From contig MGQW01000011.1 in NCBI GenBank assembly GCA_001798885.1, forward strand, positions 44,953-108,952: a DNA stretch of 64,000 bases. The letters run 5' to 3'. Made by a program: the position numbers and the translations under genes. The first letter of the stretch is position 1, and each line of letters begins with the position of its first letter. The notes beneath the pieces were generated by a model. That model ran no database searches. It worked only from the letters and a program-made list of their open reading frames with translations, and was not told the origin of the DNA. The stretch is from Deltaproteobacteria bacterium RBG_16_64_85. Its GTDB lineage: Bacteria > Desulfobacterota > Deferrimicrobia > Deferrimicrobiales > Deferrimicrobiaceae. Below, in pieces: positions 1 through 8,102 of the stretch.

Positions 1-1471
1 GTTCACCTACAGGGACGGGGGATTCGAACTCTCCGGAAAAGGGATCTCGGCGCAGCTGTCCACGGAGGGGATCCGCTGGGCGGGGGGCGCCCTCACGGCA
101 GCGGGCCACCCGTTGAACGTGTCGGGAAAGGTTTCCTGGAAAGGGGATCTCGACGTCCACATGGAGGGAAAGCTGCCGGCTGCCGCAATCCGCCTCGTCA
201 CCGACGTCTTCGACCGGCTGGACGGCACGATGCAGCTCGACCTGAGGCTAACGGGAAAGTGGGACGACCCCTCGATCGTGGGGACCGGTCGCCTCGACAG
301 CGGGGTCTTCTCCTTCCGCGGGTATGCCCAGTTGTTCGAGGAGATGCGGGCGGATGCGGTCATCAGCCGCGAAAAGCTCATCTTCGAGCATTTCGAGGGA
401 AGGAGCGGCGGGGGATACCTCGACGGAAGAGGAGAGCTTCCGCTCCGCTTCAACGCTCACCAGAGGCTGTTTTTTTCCGTGGATTTTTTCGACATGCGGT
501 TTCCTTACCCCGAGGATTTCCGTCCCGTCCTGCAGGGGCACGTGGAGCTCCTGGGCCCCTACGACGATTTCCTCGTGACGGGGGACGTCGAAGTGCAATC
601 CGCGCGGTACACCAAGACGCTCCGCCCGGAAAAGGTGCTCGTCGACTTCCGTAAGCGCCTTGCGGATGTGACGGCGCGCCGGGAAACGTCCGAATTCCGG
701 GTCCGGCTGGATGTCAACGTGATTACGGACGGGACGATCAAAATAAAAAACAATCTCGCCGACGCGGACGCGAAGGGAGAGTTCAAGGTCGTCGGGGACA
801 TCTACCGGGTCATCGTTCTCGGGGCTTTCGAGGTCACCGAGGGAACCGTCGAATACCAGGGGAACCGATACGACCTGAAGCGGGTCAGCGTGGAGTTCCA
901 GGATCCTCGGCGGAACAATCCGAGGCTGGACGCCCGCGCGGAAACGAAGAAGGGGAACGTGACGGTCACCGTGAGTGTGACCGGGACACTCGAAAAGTAT
1001 GAAGTGGACTTTACGTCGGACCCCCCGCTCAGCAAGAACGACATCGTGAGCCTCCTGTCCCTGGGGGTGACCTCGCATGCGCTGGCCGGGTCCGAGGGGG
1101 CCGTCGGGGCGGGGGTAGCCTCCACTCTTGTTCTCGGCCCTTACAAGGGGAGAGTCGAGGAGGGGATCCAAGGGATCGTGAGGCTGGACAAGTTCGCGAT
1201 CGAGCCGGGGTTTTCCGCCTCCAGCAAGTCCTTCGAGCCGAAGTTCATCGTCGGCAAGTCCTTCGGGGACCGGTTTTCGGTTTCGGTTTCCACGGGCTTG
1301 GGGACTACCTCCGAGAGCAGCGCGACCGCCGAGTACAAGCTTCTGGAGAACGTGTTTCTCTCGGGCGCCTGGGAAGGCGCGACCACGACCACGGAAGGCG
1401 ACCTTGGCGCCGATGTCAAGATCCGCTACCGCTATCGACAGTTCAAGGATTTCCTGAGTGGCCGTGATTAG
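1..1471 (+). CDS. tamB: TamB-like translocation/assembly module protein, C-terminal part (DUF490); the ORF is open to the window start, so the N-terminus lies upstream
   Basis: Frame 2 is open from base 1. The C-terminal motif 'PPLSKNDIVSLLSLGV' and a Gly/Ser-rich beta-rich tail are typical of the TamB DUF490 domain. It overlaps the downstream Omp85 gene by 14 nt. Confidence 0.75.
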   Translation, partial: FTYRDGGFELSGKGISAQLSTEGIRWAGGALTAAGHPLNVSGKVSWKGDLDVHMEGKLPAAAIRLVTDVFDRLDGTMQLDLRLTGKWDDPSIVGTGRLDSGVFSFRGYAQLFEEMRADAVISREKLIFEHFEGRSGGGYLDGRGELPLRFNAHQRLFFSVDFFDMRFPYPEDFRPVLQGHVELLGPYDDFLVTGDVEVQSARYTKTLRPEKVLVDFRKRLADVTARRETSEFRVRLDVNVITDGTIKIKNNLADADAKGEFKVVGDIYRVIVLGAFEVTEGTVEYQGNRYDLKRVSVEFQDPRRNNPRLDARAETKKGNVTVTVSVTGTLEKYEVDFTSDPPLSKNDIVSLLSLGVTSHALAGSEGAVGAGVASTLVLGPYKGRVEEGIQGIVRLDKFAIEPGFSASSKSFEPKFIVGKSFGDRFSVSVSTGLGTTSESSATAEYKLLENVFLSGAWEGATTTTEGDLGADVKIRYRYRQFKDFLSGRD

Positions 1472-4223
1472 GCGACTCCTGGCAGCAGTGGCGGCGGGGA
1501 TCCTCCTCGCGGCTTCCTTGGCCCCGGGTGAAAGCGTCGCTGCCGAAGGCAAGAGGGCTCCCGTCGTCGGTTCGGTGCGTTTCCAGGTTTCCTCTCCCTA
1601 TCTCATTTCCTACGCCGAGCTTGCCGGCCTCGTTACGATCCGCCCGGGGGTTCCCCTGACGGAAGAGGCGGTGCGGGATTCCATCCGCGGCCTGTACGCC
1701 AAGTCCATCTTCCGGGAGGTTGTCGCCTATGCACGGGAGGAGGGGGGGAAGACGGACGTTCTTTTCTACCTCCATCCCTCGCCGGCGATCAGCGAAATCG
1801 AGGTTGCGGGGGCCAGGAAGGTGCCCTCCGCCCAGGTGTTGGCGGCATCCCGCATCCGGCGCGGAACTTCCCTGGAAGAGCGCGACTTCCGGGAGGCCGA
1901 GGAGTCGGTGAAGAAGATTTTGCGGCGGAAGGGGTTCACTTCTGCCGCCGTCTCCGTTTCCGCCACCTGCAATCTGGAAAACGGCGCCGGAAAGGTGCGG
2001 ATCGACGTGCGGGAGGGGCCTCCCGCCGTGGTGCGCAGTGTCAGCCTCCCCGGGGCCGTTTTCTTTACGCAGGACAAACTGCGCGAAATGCTCGAGGCAT
2101 CCCGCGGATCCCCCTTCGATTATAAACGTTGGGAGGACGGGATCCGGAAGCTGCGGGTCGCTTATAAGAAATCGGGCTTCCTCACCGTGCACATTTCCGA
2201 GGCGGATGTCGTCTGCGAGGACGGCGAGGGTTTCTGCCTTTCCGCCCGTGTCGAAGAGGGGCCGAGGTACAGCGTGCTGTGGGAAGGGCCAAAGCGAATC
2301 TCGGTCTCAAGACTGGAAGATGCGTGCGGGATCTACGGGGACGAGGAAACGACCGAGGGTGGGCTGGTGCACGACTTGCGCGACCGTCTGCTTGCTTTCT
2401 ACCGGGAGCGTGCGTTCTTGCGGGCGGAGGTGGAGGTCGACGTCACGGAAGGAGGCGATGGCTTTCGCCAGCTGAAGATCACGGTGCGGGAAGACTTGAC
2501 AGGCTACCTGAAGAAGATCCGGTTCGCAGGGAATGCGAACCTGTCCGACCAGCAGCTTCGGAAGCAGATGACGTCCGAGGAGAAGGGGATCTTTTCCTTC
2601 CTCACGGGCTCGGGGAAACTCCGCGAGGAGGAGTGGAACGACGACCTGAACGCCCTGGTCGGGCTCTACCAGAAGGAGGGGTTCGTCCGCGCCCGTATCA
2701 ACGCCGTCGACAACCAATGGGATGAAAGCGGCGGCATCACCGAGACGATCCGCATCGAGGAAGGCGCCCGCTACCTCCTCCGGGAGATCCGTTTCCGCGG
2801 AAACGACCATTTCCTGCGGAACGAGCTGATGGCTCACGTCGACAACCGGGAGGGGAAATTCGTCGACTACGTGGGTCTCGAGAAGGATCAGGAGGGCATC
2901 GCGGCACATTACCGGGATTCGGGATACCTGGATGTCCGGATTACGACGCAGCTCCTCTTCGACGAGGGGAAGGATACGACGGTGGCCCAGTTCGGCATCG
3001 AAGAGGGGCCGCGGTACCGGCTGGGGAAGGTCGTGGTCCAGGGGAACCTGCTGACCGACCCGGTGGTGGTCTTTCGTGAAGTCGGCATCGCCGAGGGGTC
3101 ACCTGCCGGAGAGAAGGACCTGCTGAAATTCCAGCGGGCGGTCTTCGGGACGGGATTGTACAAGAGCGTACGGATCCAGAAGGTAAAGCGGCCGGCCGAG
3201 GGGATCCTGGATCTGGTCGTCGAAGTGGAGGAGACGTTCTTTTTCGAAATCGAGTTCGGGGCGGGGTATGGAACCGATACGGGGGTGAGGGGATTCGTCG
3301 GCGCCAAAAACCGGAACCTCGACGGGAAGGGGCGGTCGTTCTCGTCCCGAGTTTCCGCCAGCCAGAAGGAGCAGAAGTACATCGGGGACCTGCGGGAGCC
3401 CTGGATCTTCGGAAACCGGTGGAAATGGGAGGGTGGCCTCACCGCCTACTACCAGGAGGCGGAGCGCATCAGCTTCAGCCTCCGGAAAGCCAGCATCATC
3501 GCGAGCATCACCCAGACCTTCTTCGAGCGGTCCTCCCTGTCCTTCCAGTACGAAGTCTCGCGGGACCACGTCTTCAACGTGGCGGCCGGCGCCATCCTGT
3601 CGCCGGAAGACCAGGGGAGTGCCAACATCGCGGCGGTGCGTACGCTCGCCGTCCTCGATTTGCGGGACGATCCCTTCAACCCGCGTCACGGATCGTTCAA
3701 TTCGGGCACCGCCGAGCTGGCCTCCTACTATTTCGGGTCCGAGGTCGATTACTACAAGCTGACGGGACAGTCCAGCTGGTATTTCCCGGTCCTCCGGAAG
3801 AACACGTTCGTCGTGTCCGGGCGGGGGGGATACATCCGGCCCCTCCGCGACACCGTGGAAGTCCCGATCCAGAAGAGGTTCTTCCTCGGGGGGCGGACGA
3901 CGGTCCGCGGGTTCAAGGAGGAATCGCTCGGCCCCCAGGCCGCTGACGGAACGGCCATCGGCGGGAATTACATGGTGAACCTCAACACGGAGTTCCGGCT
4001 CCCGCTGCAGTACGGATTCAACGTGGCCCTGTTCGTCGACGCCGGAAGCGTGTGGCTCCACGGAATCCCGAACGCCGGCTTCGACCTCAGGAAAAGCGCG
4101 GGTCTCGGCCTCCGGTACGTGACCCCCATTGGGCCGATCGCCCTGGACAATGGATGGAAGCTCGACCGCCGGGATGGAGAATCGGAATCCGAATGGCACT
4201 TTACGATCGGAGCCGTTTTCTGA
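1458..4223 (+). CDS. bamA: Outer membrane protein assembly factor BamA (Omp85 family, POTRA repeats plus C-terminal beta-barrel)
   Basis: 921 aa. Signal peptide 'MAVIRRLLAAVAAGILLAASLA', repeated POTRA-like modules, and a C-terminal surface-antigen/D15 barrel ending in an aromatic residue (…TIGAVF). GTG start. Confidence 0.88.
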   Translation: MAVIRRLLAAVAAGILLAASLAPGESVAAEGKRAPVVGSVRFQVSSPYLISYAELAGLVTIRPGVPLTEEAVRDSIRGLYAKSIFREVVAYAREEGGKTDVLFYLHPSPAISEIEVAGARKVPSAQVLAASRIRRGTSLEERDFREAEESVKKILRRKGFTSAAVSVSATCNLENGAGKVRIDVREGPPAVVRSVSLPGAVFFTQDKLREMLEASRGSPFDYKRWEDGIRKLRVAYKKSGFLTVHISEADVVCEDGEGFCLSARVEEGPRYSVLWEGPKRISVSRLEDACGIYGDEETTEGGLVHDLRDRLLAFYRERAFLRAEVEVDVTEGGDGFRQLKITVREDLTGYLKKIRFAGNANLSDQQLRKQMTSEEKGIFSFLTGSGKLREEEWNDDLNALVGLYQKEGFVRARINAVDNQWDESGGITETIRIEEGARYLLREIRFRGNDHFLRNELMAHVDNREGKFVDYVGLEKDQEGIAAHYRDSGYLDVRITTQLLFDEGKDTTVAQFGIEEGPRYRLGKVVVQGNLLTDPVVVFREVGIAEGSPAGEKDLLKFQRAVFGTGLYKSVRIQKVKRPAEGILDLVVEVEETFFFEIEFGAGYGTDTGVRGFVGAKNRNLDGKGRSFSSRVSASQKEQKYIGDLREPWIFGNRWKWEGGLTAYYQEAERISFSLRKASIIASITQTFFERSSLSFQYEVSRDHVFNVAAGAILSPEDQGSANIAAVRTLAVLDLRDDPFNPRHGSFNSGTAELASYYFGSEVDYYKLTGQSSWYFPVLRKNTFVVSGRGGYIRPLRDTVEVPIQKRFFLGGRTTVRGFKEESLGPQAADGTAIGGNYMVNLNTEFRLPLQYGFNVALFVDAGSVWLHGIPNAGFDLRKSAGLGLRYVTPIGPIALDNGWKLDRRDGESESEWHFTIGAVF

Positions 4224-4356
4224 CGGCGGCCCGGGTTTACGCCCGCGCGGGCACCGCTTCCTTCTGTTTTCCGCCTTCCTCGTCATGCGGAAATCATGGT
4301 AACTTGCACCTGACGCGGGCAAAGCACAGGGGAGAAGGAACCGTCCACTGGATTCA

Positions 4357-5757
4357 ATGATTCGTTGGAGATTTCCGTTCGTGGCCATGGTGCTGGGGGT
4401 GATCGCCTGCACCCTCCTGGCCGGCCGTTTCCTTTCCGCGGGAGCGTTTTCTGCGGGATCCGGGCTGTTGCCGGCCGTCCTGGGGGAACTGCTCATGGGC
4501 GGCGGTCTGTACCTGTTCCTGGAGTACAGGGTCTTCCGGCCCGCGGAACGCTGGAGGGAAAAAGTTTCCACTGCGGGAATGAATCCGATTCCCCTCGAGG
4601 CGGGCATTCTCAGTCCTCTCGCCGCGGTTGCGGCGGAGAGATACGGCCGGGCGCTCGTGGAGCTGGAACGGGGGATCGGCGAAAGGGAGGAAAAGCTTCG
4701 CCAGGTGGAGATGCTCCGGCGCGACCTGGAAGAGACCAAGGTCCATCTCGAGTCCAAGATCCAGGACCTGCACACCATCTACGACGTGTCCACCGCCATC
4801 GCAGGGACGCTCGACGCCGAGGAGCTCTTCCGGATCCTTCCTGAACGGGTCATGCGGACCCTGGGGCTCAACGACTTCGCCATCCTTCTCTACAACCCCG
4901 ACACCCGGATGCTGACCTGCCGGGCGGGGGCAGGGATGGCCTCGGACCTTGCCGGAGAGTTCGAGATCGCCACCGGCGAAGGCGTTTCGGGAAGGGTGTT
5001 CGAGACGGGGGAGCCGATTTACCTCCCCGATGTCCGCTCCTCTTCCGAGTTCCTCTATTACGGAGGCAGGAGGATGGACGTGCGCTCCTTCATGTGCGTG
5101 CCGCTCCTGTCCAAGGGGAGGGCGATCGGTGTACTGAACGTACACCAGCCGTTGCCGAACGCATTTGACGCCGAATCGCTTGCGACGATGCGCGTACTCG
5201 CTTCCTACCTGGCGATCGCCATCGAGAACGCCGACCTGTTCCACTTCGTCAAGACGCTTGCCGAGAAGGACTCCCTCACCCTGCTGTACAACCACGGAGC
5301 ATTCCATGAAAAAATCCAGATCGAGCTGGAAAGGGCAGCGCGGTACGGGCGTGCGCTTTCCGTCATCATGCTCGACCTGGACGGCTTCAAGGGGATCAAC
5401 GATGCCTACGGGCATGTGGTGGGGGACCGGATCCTCCTGATGACGGCGGGGGTGCTCTGCGCGCACCTGCGGAAAAGCGACATCGCGGCGCGGTACGGGG
5501 GGGACGAGTTTGCCGTGATCCTCCCGGAGACGGACCTGGTGGCGGCCACCACCATCGCAGGCCGGATCGCGGCGGGGATTTCCGAGGTCCGGATGGACAC
5601 CGGGAAGGGGAGCGCGATCACGTTCACCGCGAGCATCGGATATGCGGCCTGCCTGCCCGATTCCTCCGGGCGCGAGAACATTTTGAACGTCGCGGACCGG
5701 CTGATGTACGAGTCGAAACGCCGGGGGCCCGGGGGAGTGCTGGGCGAGCAGCTGTGA
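4357..5757 (+). CDS. Membrane-anchored GAF-GGDEF diguanylate cyclase
   Basis: Two N-terminal TM helices, a coiled coil, and a GAF domain. The GGDEF domain has an intact 'RYGGDEF' active site and an RxxD I-site (RKSD). Confidence 0.85.
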   Translation: MIRWRFPFVAMVLGVIACTLLAGRFLSAGAFSAGSGLLPAVLGELLMGGGLYLFLEYRVFRPAERWREKVSTAGMNPIPLEAGILSPLAAVAAERYGRALVELERGIGEREEKLRQVEMLRRDLEETKVHLESKIQDLHTIYDVSTAIAGTLDAEELFRILPERVMRTLGLNDFAILLYNPDTRMLTCRAGAGMASDLAGEFEIATGEGVSGRVFETGEPIYLPDVRSSSEFLYYGGRRMDVRSFMCVPLLSKGRAIGVLNVHQPLPNAFDAESLATMRVLASYLAIAIENADLFHFVKTLAEKDSLTLLYNHGAFHEKIQIELERAARYGRALSVIMLDLDGFKGINDAYGHVVGDRILLMTAGVLCAHLRKSDIAARYGGDEFAVILPETDLVAATTIAGRIAAGISEVRMDTGKGSAITFTASIGYAACLPDSSGRENILNVADRLMYESKRRGPGGVLGEQL

Positions 5758-5775
5758 TCCCGACGGGAGAAAACC

Positions 5776-6465
5776 ATGGATAGGAACAAGGTGGAAAACT
5801 ATCGCCTCTCGCTCTTCGGGCGGATGGTGATGGGAGTTTCGCACGAGGTCGACAACTACCTGAGCGTCATCCTCGGCTTCTCTGAACTGATCCAGATCTC
5901 GGGCGGAGGCGAGAAGAAGACGCTGGACAGTGTCGGCAAGATCCTCAACGCGGGGGAAAAGATCAACAGCCTCATCCGGTATTTCTCCCAATACGTCCGT
6001 CCCCACGATCCCGTCCGAGAGCGGTTCTCACCCGCGGAGGCGCTGCGGGAAAGTCTCGTTTTCTCCCGCTACGACCTGGGGCGGAACAACGTGGCCCTGG
6101 CCTTGCCGGAAAATTTCCCCCGGGGTCTTATAACCGCCGACCGCAGGGATTTTGCCCTTGCCTTGCTCGCCCTGATGTTCAACGGGTCGGAGGCGATGGC
6201 GCCTGGAGGGGGGACTCTCCGACTGGAGGTTTCCCTGCGGGATGGGGGGTGGGAATTCGCCGTGACCGATGAGGGGCCGGGAATTCCCCCCGAGATCGCC
6301 CAGCGGATCTTCGAGGAGGGTTTCACGACGAAGAAAGGGTCTCTACACGCCGGCATGGGTCTCCCCCTTGCGCGGTACCTGGCGGCGGAAATGGGAGGGA
6401 CGGTCTCCGTGGCCAATCCGCCGACGGGCGGCTGCGAGGCCGTTCTCAGGATCCCCGGGAACTGA
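5776..6465 (+). CDS. Small cytoplasmic sensor-less histidine kinase (DHp + HATPase_c only)
   Basis: H-box 'GVSHEVDNYLSVI' and G-boxes 'DEGPGIP' / 'GMGLPLA'. 229 aa, with no TM or sensor domain, 19 nt after the GGDEF gene. Confidence 0.75.
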   Translation: MDRNKVENYRLSLFGRMVMGVSHEVDNYLSVILGFSELIQISGGGEKKTLDSVGKILNAGEKINSLIRYFSQYVRPHDPVRERFSPAEALRESLVFSRYDLGRNNVALALPENFPRGLITADRRDFALALLALMFNGSEAMAPGGGTLRLEVSLRDGGWEFAVTDEGPGIPPEIAQRIFEEGFTTKKGSLHAGMGLPLARYLAAEMGGTVSVANPPTGGCEAVLRIPGN

Positions 6466-6506
6466 AACCCCCGGGAGAAAAGAAGGGAGCGACCGTTGTT
6501 CTGGTC

Positions 6507-6848
6507 ATGCATCCCGCGGCGACGGGAGAATCCCTGGAATGCGGCTGCTGCAGACGGAGGTATACCGTGAAGAAAATCGGCATGCAGATCCGCGACAAGG
6601 TGCTCCTCTACGGAACCATCTGCCCGGAGTGCGTCCTTCGGGGTCCGAAAGGAGCTGCCAAAAGACTGAACGATCGGCTCCTGGCCCGGATGGACGAACC
6701 GTCGGGCGCGTTGCGGCGAAGCGGCTGGAAGAAGATCGGCAGACTTCAAGTGCTGACGGCCCTGAAAGTGGCGGCCCTGGAGGAGACCGATTCGTTTCCG
6801 CTGGAGGCCAGGCAGGCCGCCGTAAGGGAGTTGAGGGAAAAGAGATAG
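6507..6848 (+). CDS. Hypothetical small Cys-containing protein (CGCC…CPEC, possible zinc ribbon); the true start may be the internal Met (MQIRDK…)
   Basis: ORF with an RBS-like 'AGAAGGGAG' upstream. I could not recognise a conserved domain. Confidence 0.3.
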   Translation: MHPAATGESLECGCCRRRYTVKKIGMQIRDKVLLYGTICPECVLRGPKGAAKRLNDRLLARMDEPSGALRRSGWKKIGRLQVLTALKVAALEETDSFPLEARQAAVRELREKR

Positions 6849-6974
6849 ACCGAAGAGGAAATTTCCCGTAAGTATCCCAATCGATAACCGATCGGTCACT
6901 TCCTGGTCGAGGACTTTACCCTGGGGGTGATTCTCTGCCACCCGGATTGCAATTCATGGAGAGAAAGGCTTGCG

Positions 6975-7757
6975 ATGAATCGACTCCTCCGAGTATTTCT
7001 TGGCCTGGTCCTGTTGTCCTTCCCCCTCGGACAGCAATGTCTCGCGGATGAAGTCTCGTCGATTTCCCGGGCGCTCGAAACCGTTAAAACGGACATCGGG
7101 AATTTTTATCTGGATCGCACGAACCTGATCGTGCTGGGGATCGGACTCGGAGGCGCAGCGATCGTCGCCAATACGGCGATCGATCGGGAGATCCGCGACA
7201 AGTACCAGGAAAACATTCGAAGCAAAGGAACGGACGATGCGGGGAAAATTTTCAAGGTGCCTGGAACCGCGCTTGTTGCCGTACCGGTCTACATCGGCAC
7301 CTATGGAACCGGCTTGTTGCTTCGAAATCCGACGGTGGAGGAATGGGCTCAAAAATCGTTCAGGGCGACAGTTGTTGGCGCCCCTGCTCTCTTGTTCTTC
7401 CAGGAGGCAACAGGGGCAGACCGGCCGACAGAGGGAGATTCCCATTGGAGGCCGTTTCGCAATTCGCATGGGGCCAGCGGTCACGCGTTCATTGGCGGTA
7501 TCCCATTTATCACTGCCGCGAAGATGAGCGAAAACACCTATAGGAAGGGGGTCTTTTACGGGCTGTCGACTTTGGCGGGGATGTCCCGGATCAACGACGA
7601 CGAGCACTATTTTTCCCAGGCGGCATTGGGGTGGTATCTTGCATATTTGAGCAGCGCCGCTGTCGAAAAGGGAGATGATCGGCGGGAAGGAAAGATACAT
7701 GTCGGGATTATTCCCGTCTCGAAGGGCGTGGCGTTCACTGCTCAAAAAAACTGGTAA
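6975..7757 (+). CDS. Secreted PAP2 (phosphatidic acid phosphatase type 2 / haloperoxidase)-like protein with a degenerate catalytic motif
   Basis: Signal peptide 'MNRLLRVFLGLVLLSFPLG'. Motifs RP…ASGH…SRx5Hx3Q resemble the PAP2 signature KX6RP-PSGH-SRX5HX3D, but the Lys and the final Asp (->Gln) are missing. GC content and GC3 are clearly lower than in neighbouring genes. Confidence 0.5.
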   Translation: MNRLLRVFLGLVLLSFPLGQQCLADEVSSISRALETVKTDIGNFYLDRTNLIVLGIGLGGAAIVANTAIDREIRDKYQENIRSKGTDDAGKIFKVPGTALVAVPVYIGTYGTGLLLRNPTVEEWAQKSFRATVVGAPALLFFQEATGADRPTEGDSHWRPFRNSHGASGHAFIGGIPFITAAKMSENTYRKGVFYGLSTLAGMSRINDDEHYFSQAALGWYLAYLSSAAVEKGDDRREGKIHVGIIPVSKGVAFTAQKNW

Positions 7758-7777
7758 ATCGAAAACCCCGGAATCCT

Positions 7778-7798
7778 TGGTGCCGAAGGGGGGATTTG
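7778..7798. repeat. 21-bp direct repeat identical to the 3' end of tRNA-Leu (att-like half-site)
   Basis: TGGTGCCGAAGGGGGGATTTG at 7778-7798 is identical to 7954-7974 (the tRNA 3' end, including the CCA complement). A degenerate third copy (GACCGAAGAGGAAATTTCC) lies at 6848-6866. Confidence 0.55.
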
Positions 7799-7953
7799 CC
7801 CGATGAGCCTCGTGCGATCTCGCACTTACCCCTCCGGAGATAGCGAGCGGGGTACCCCAGGGAGCGCACTTCGTCCGGGAGTGGGGCTGGCCTCACGGCA
7901 GCTCGCGTTCAAATCCCCAGTAATGGCAATGGTTGTGGGATAAAGCCTGGTTG

Positions 7954-8040
7954 TGGTGCCGAAGGGGGGATTTGAACCCCCACGTGGTTGCCCACACTAG
8001 ACCCTGAATCTAGCGCGTCTGCCAGTTCCGCCACTTCGGC
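7954..8040 (-). tRNA. tRNA-Leu (anticodon CAG), type II with a long variable arm
   Basis: Reverse complement reads GCCGAAGUGGCGGAACUGGCAGACGCGCUAGAUUCAGGGUCUAG…GGGGGUUCAAAUCCCCCCUUCGGCACCA. It has a 7-bp acceptor stem, anticodon loop UUCAGGG, a T-loop, and a CCA end, and is very similar to E. coli tRNA-Leu(CAG). Confidence 0.9.
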
Positions 8041-8102
8041 ACTCGAACCGCGGACATAGGATTATAGCAAATCGCTATCCGTGTTTACCGGCAAAATGTA
8101 GG

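Noticed and set aside
4224-4356. Possible sigma54 promoter (TGGTAACTTGCA) upstream of the GGDEF gene
   Set aside because: The GG…GC spacing is 6 nt instead of the required 10 nt, so it does not fit the -24/-12 consensus.
7799-7953. Second tRNA or tRNA pseudogene between the att-like repeat and tRNA-Leu (the 'GCGTTCAAATCCCC' T-loop-like string)
   Set aside because: The flanking bases do not form T-stem or acceptor-stem pairings, so no cloverleaf can be drawn. It is treated as a remnant spacer.
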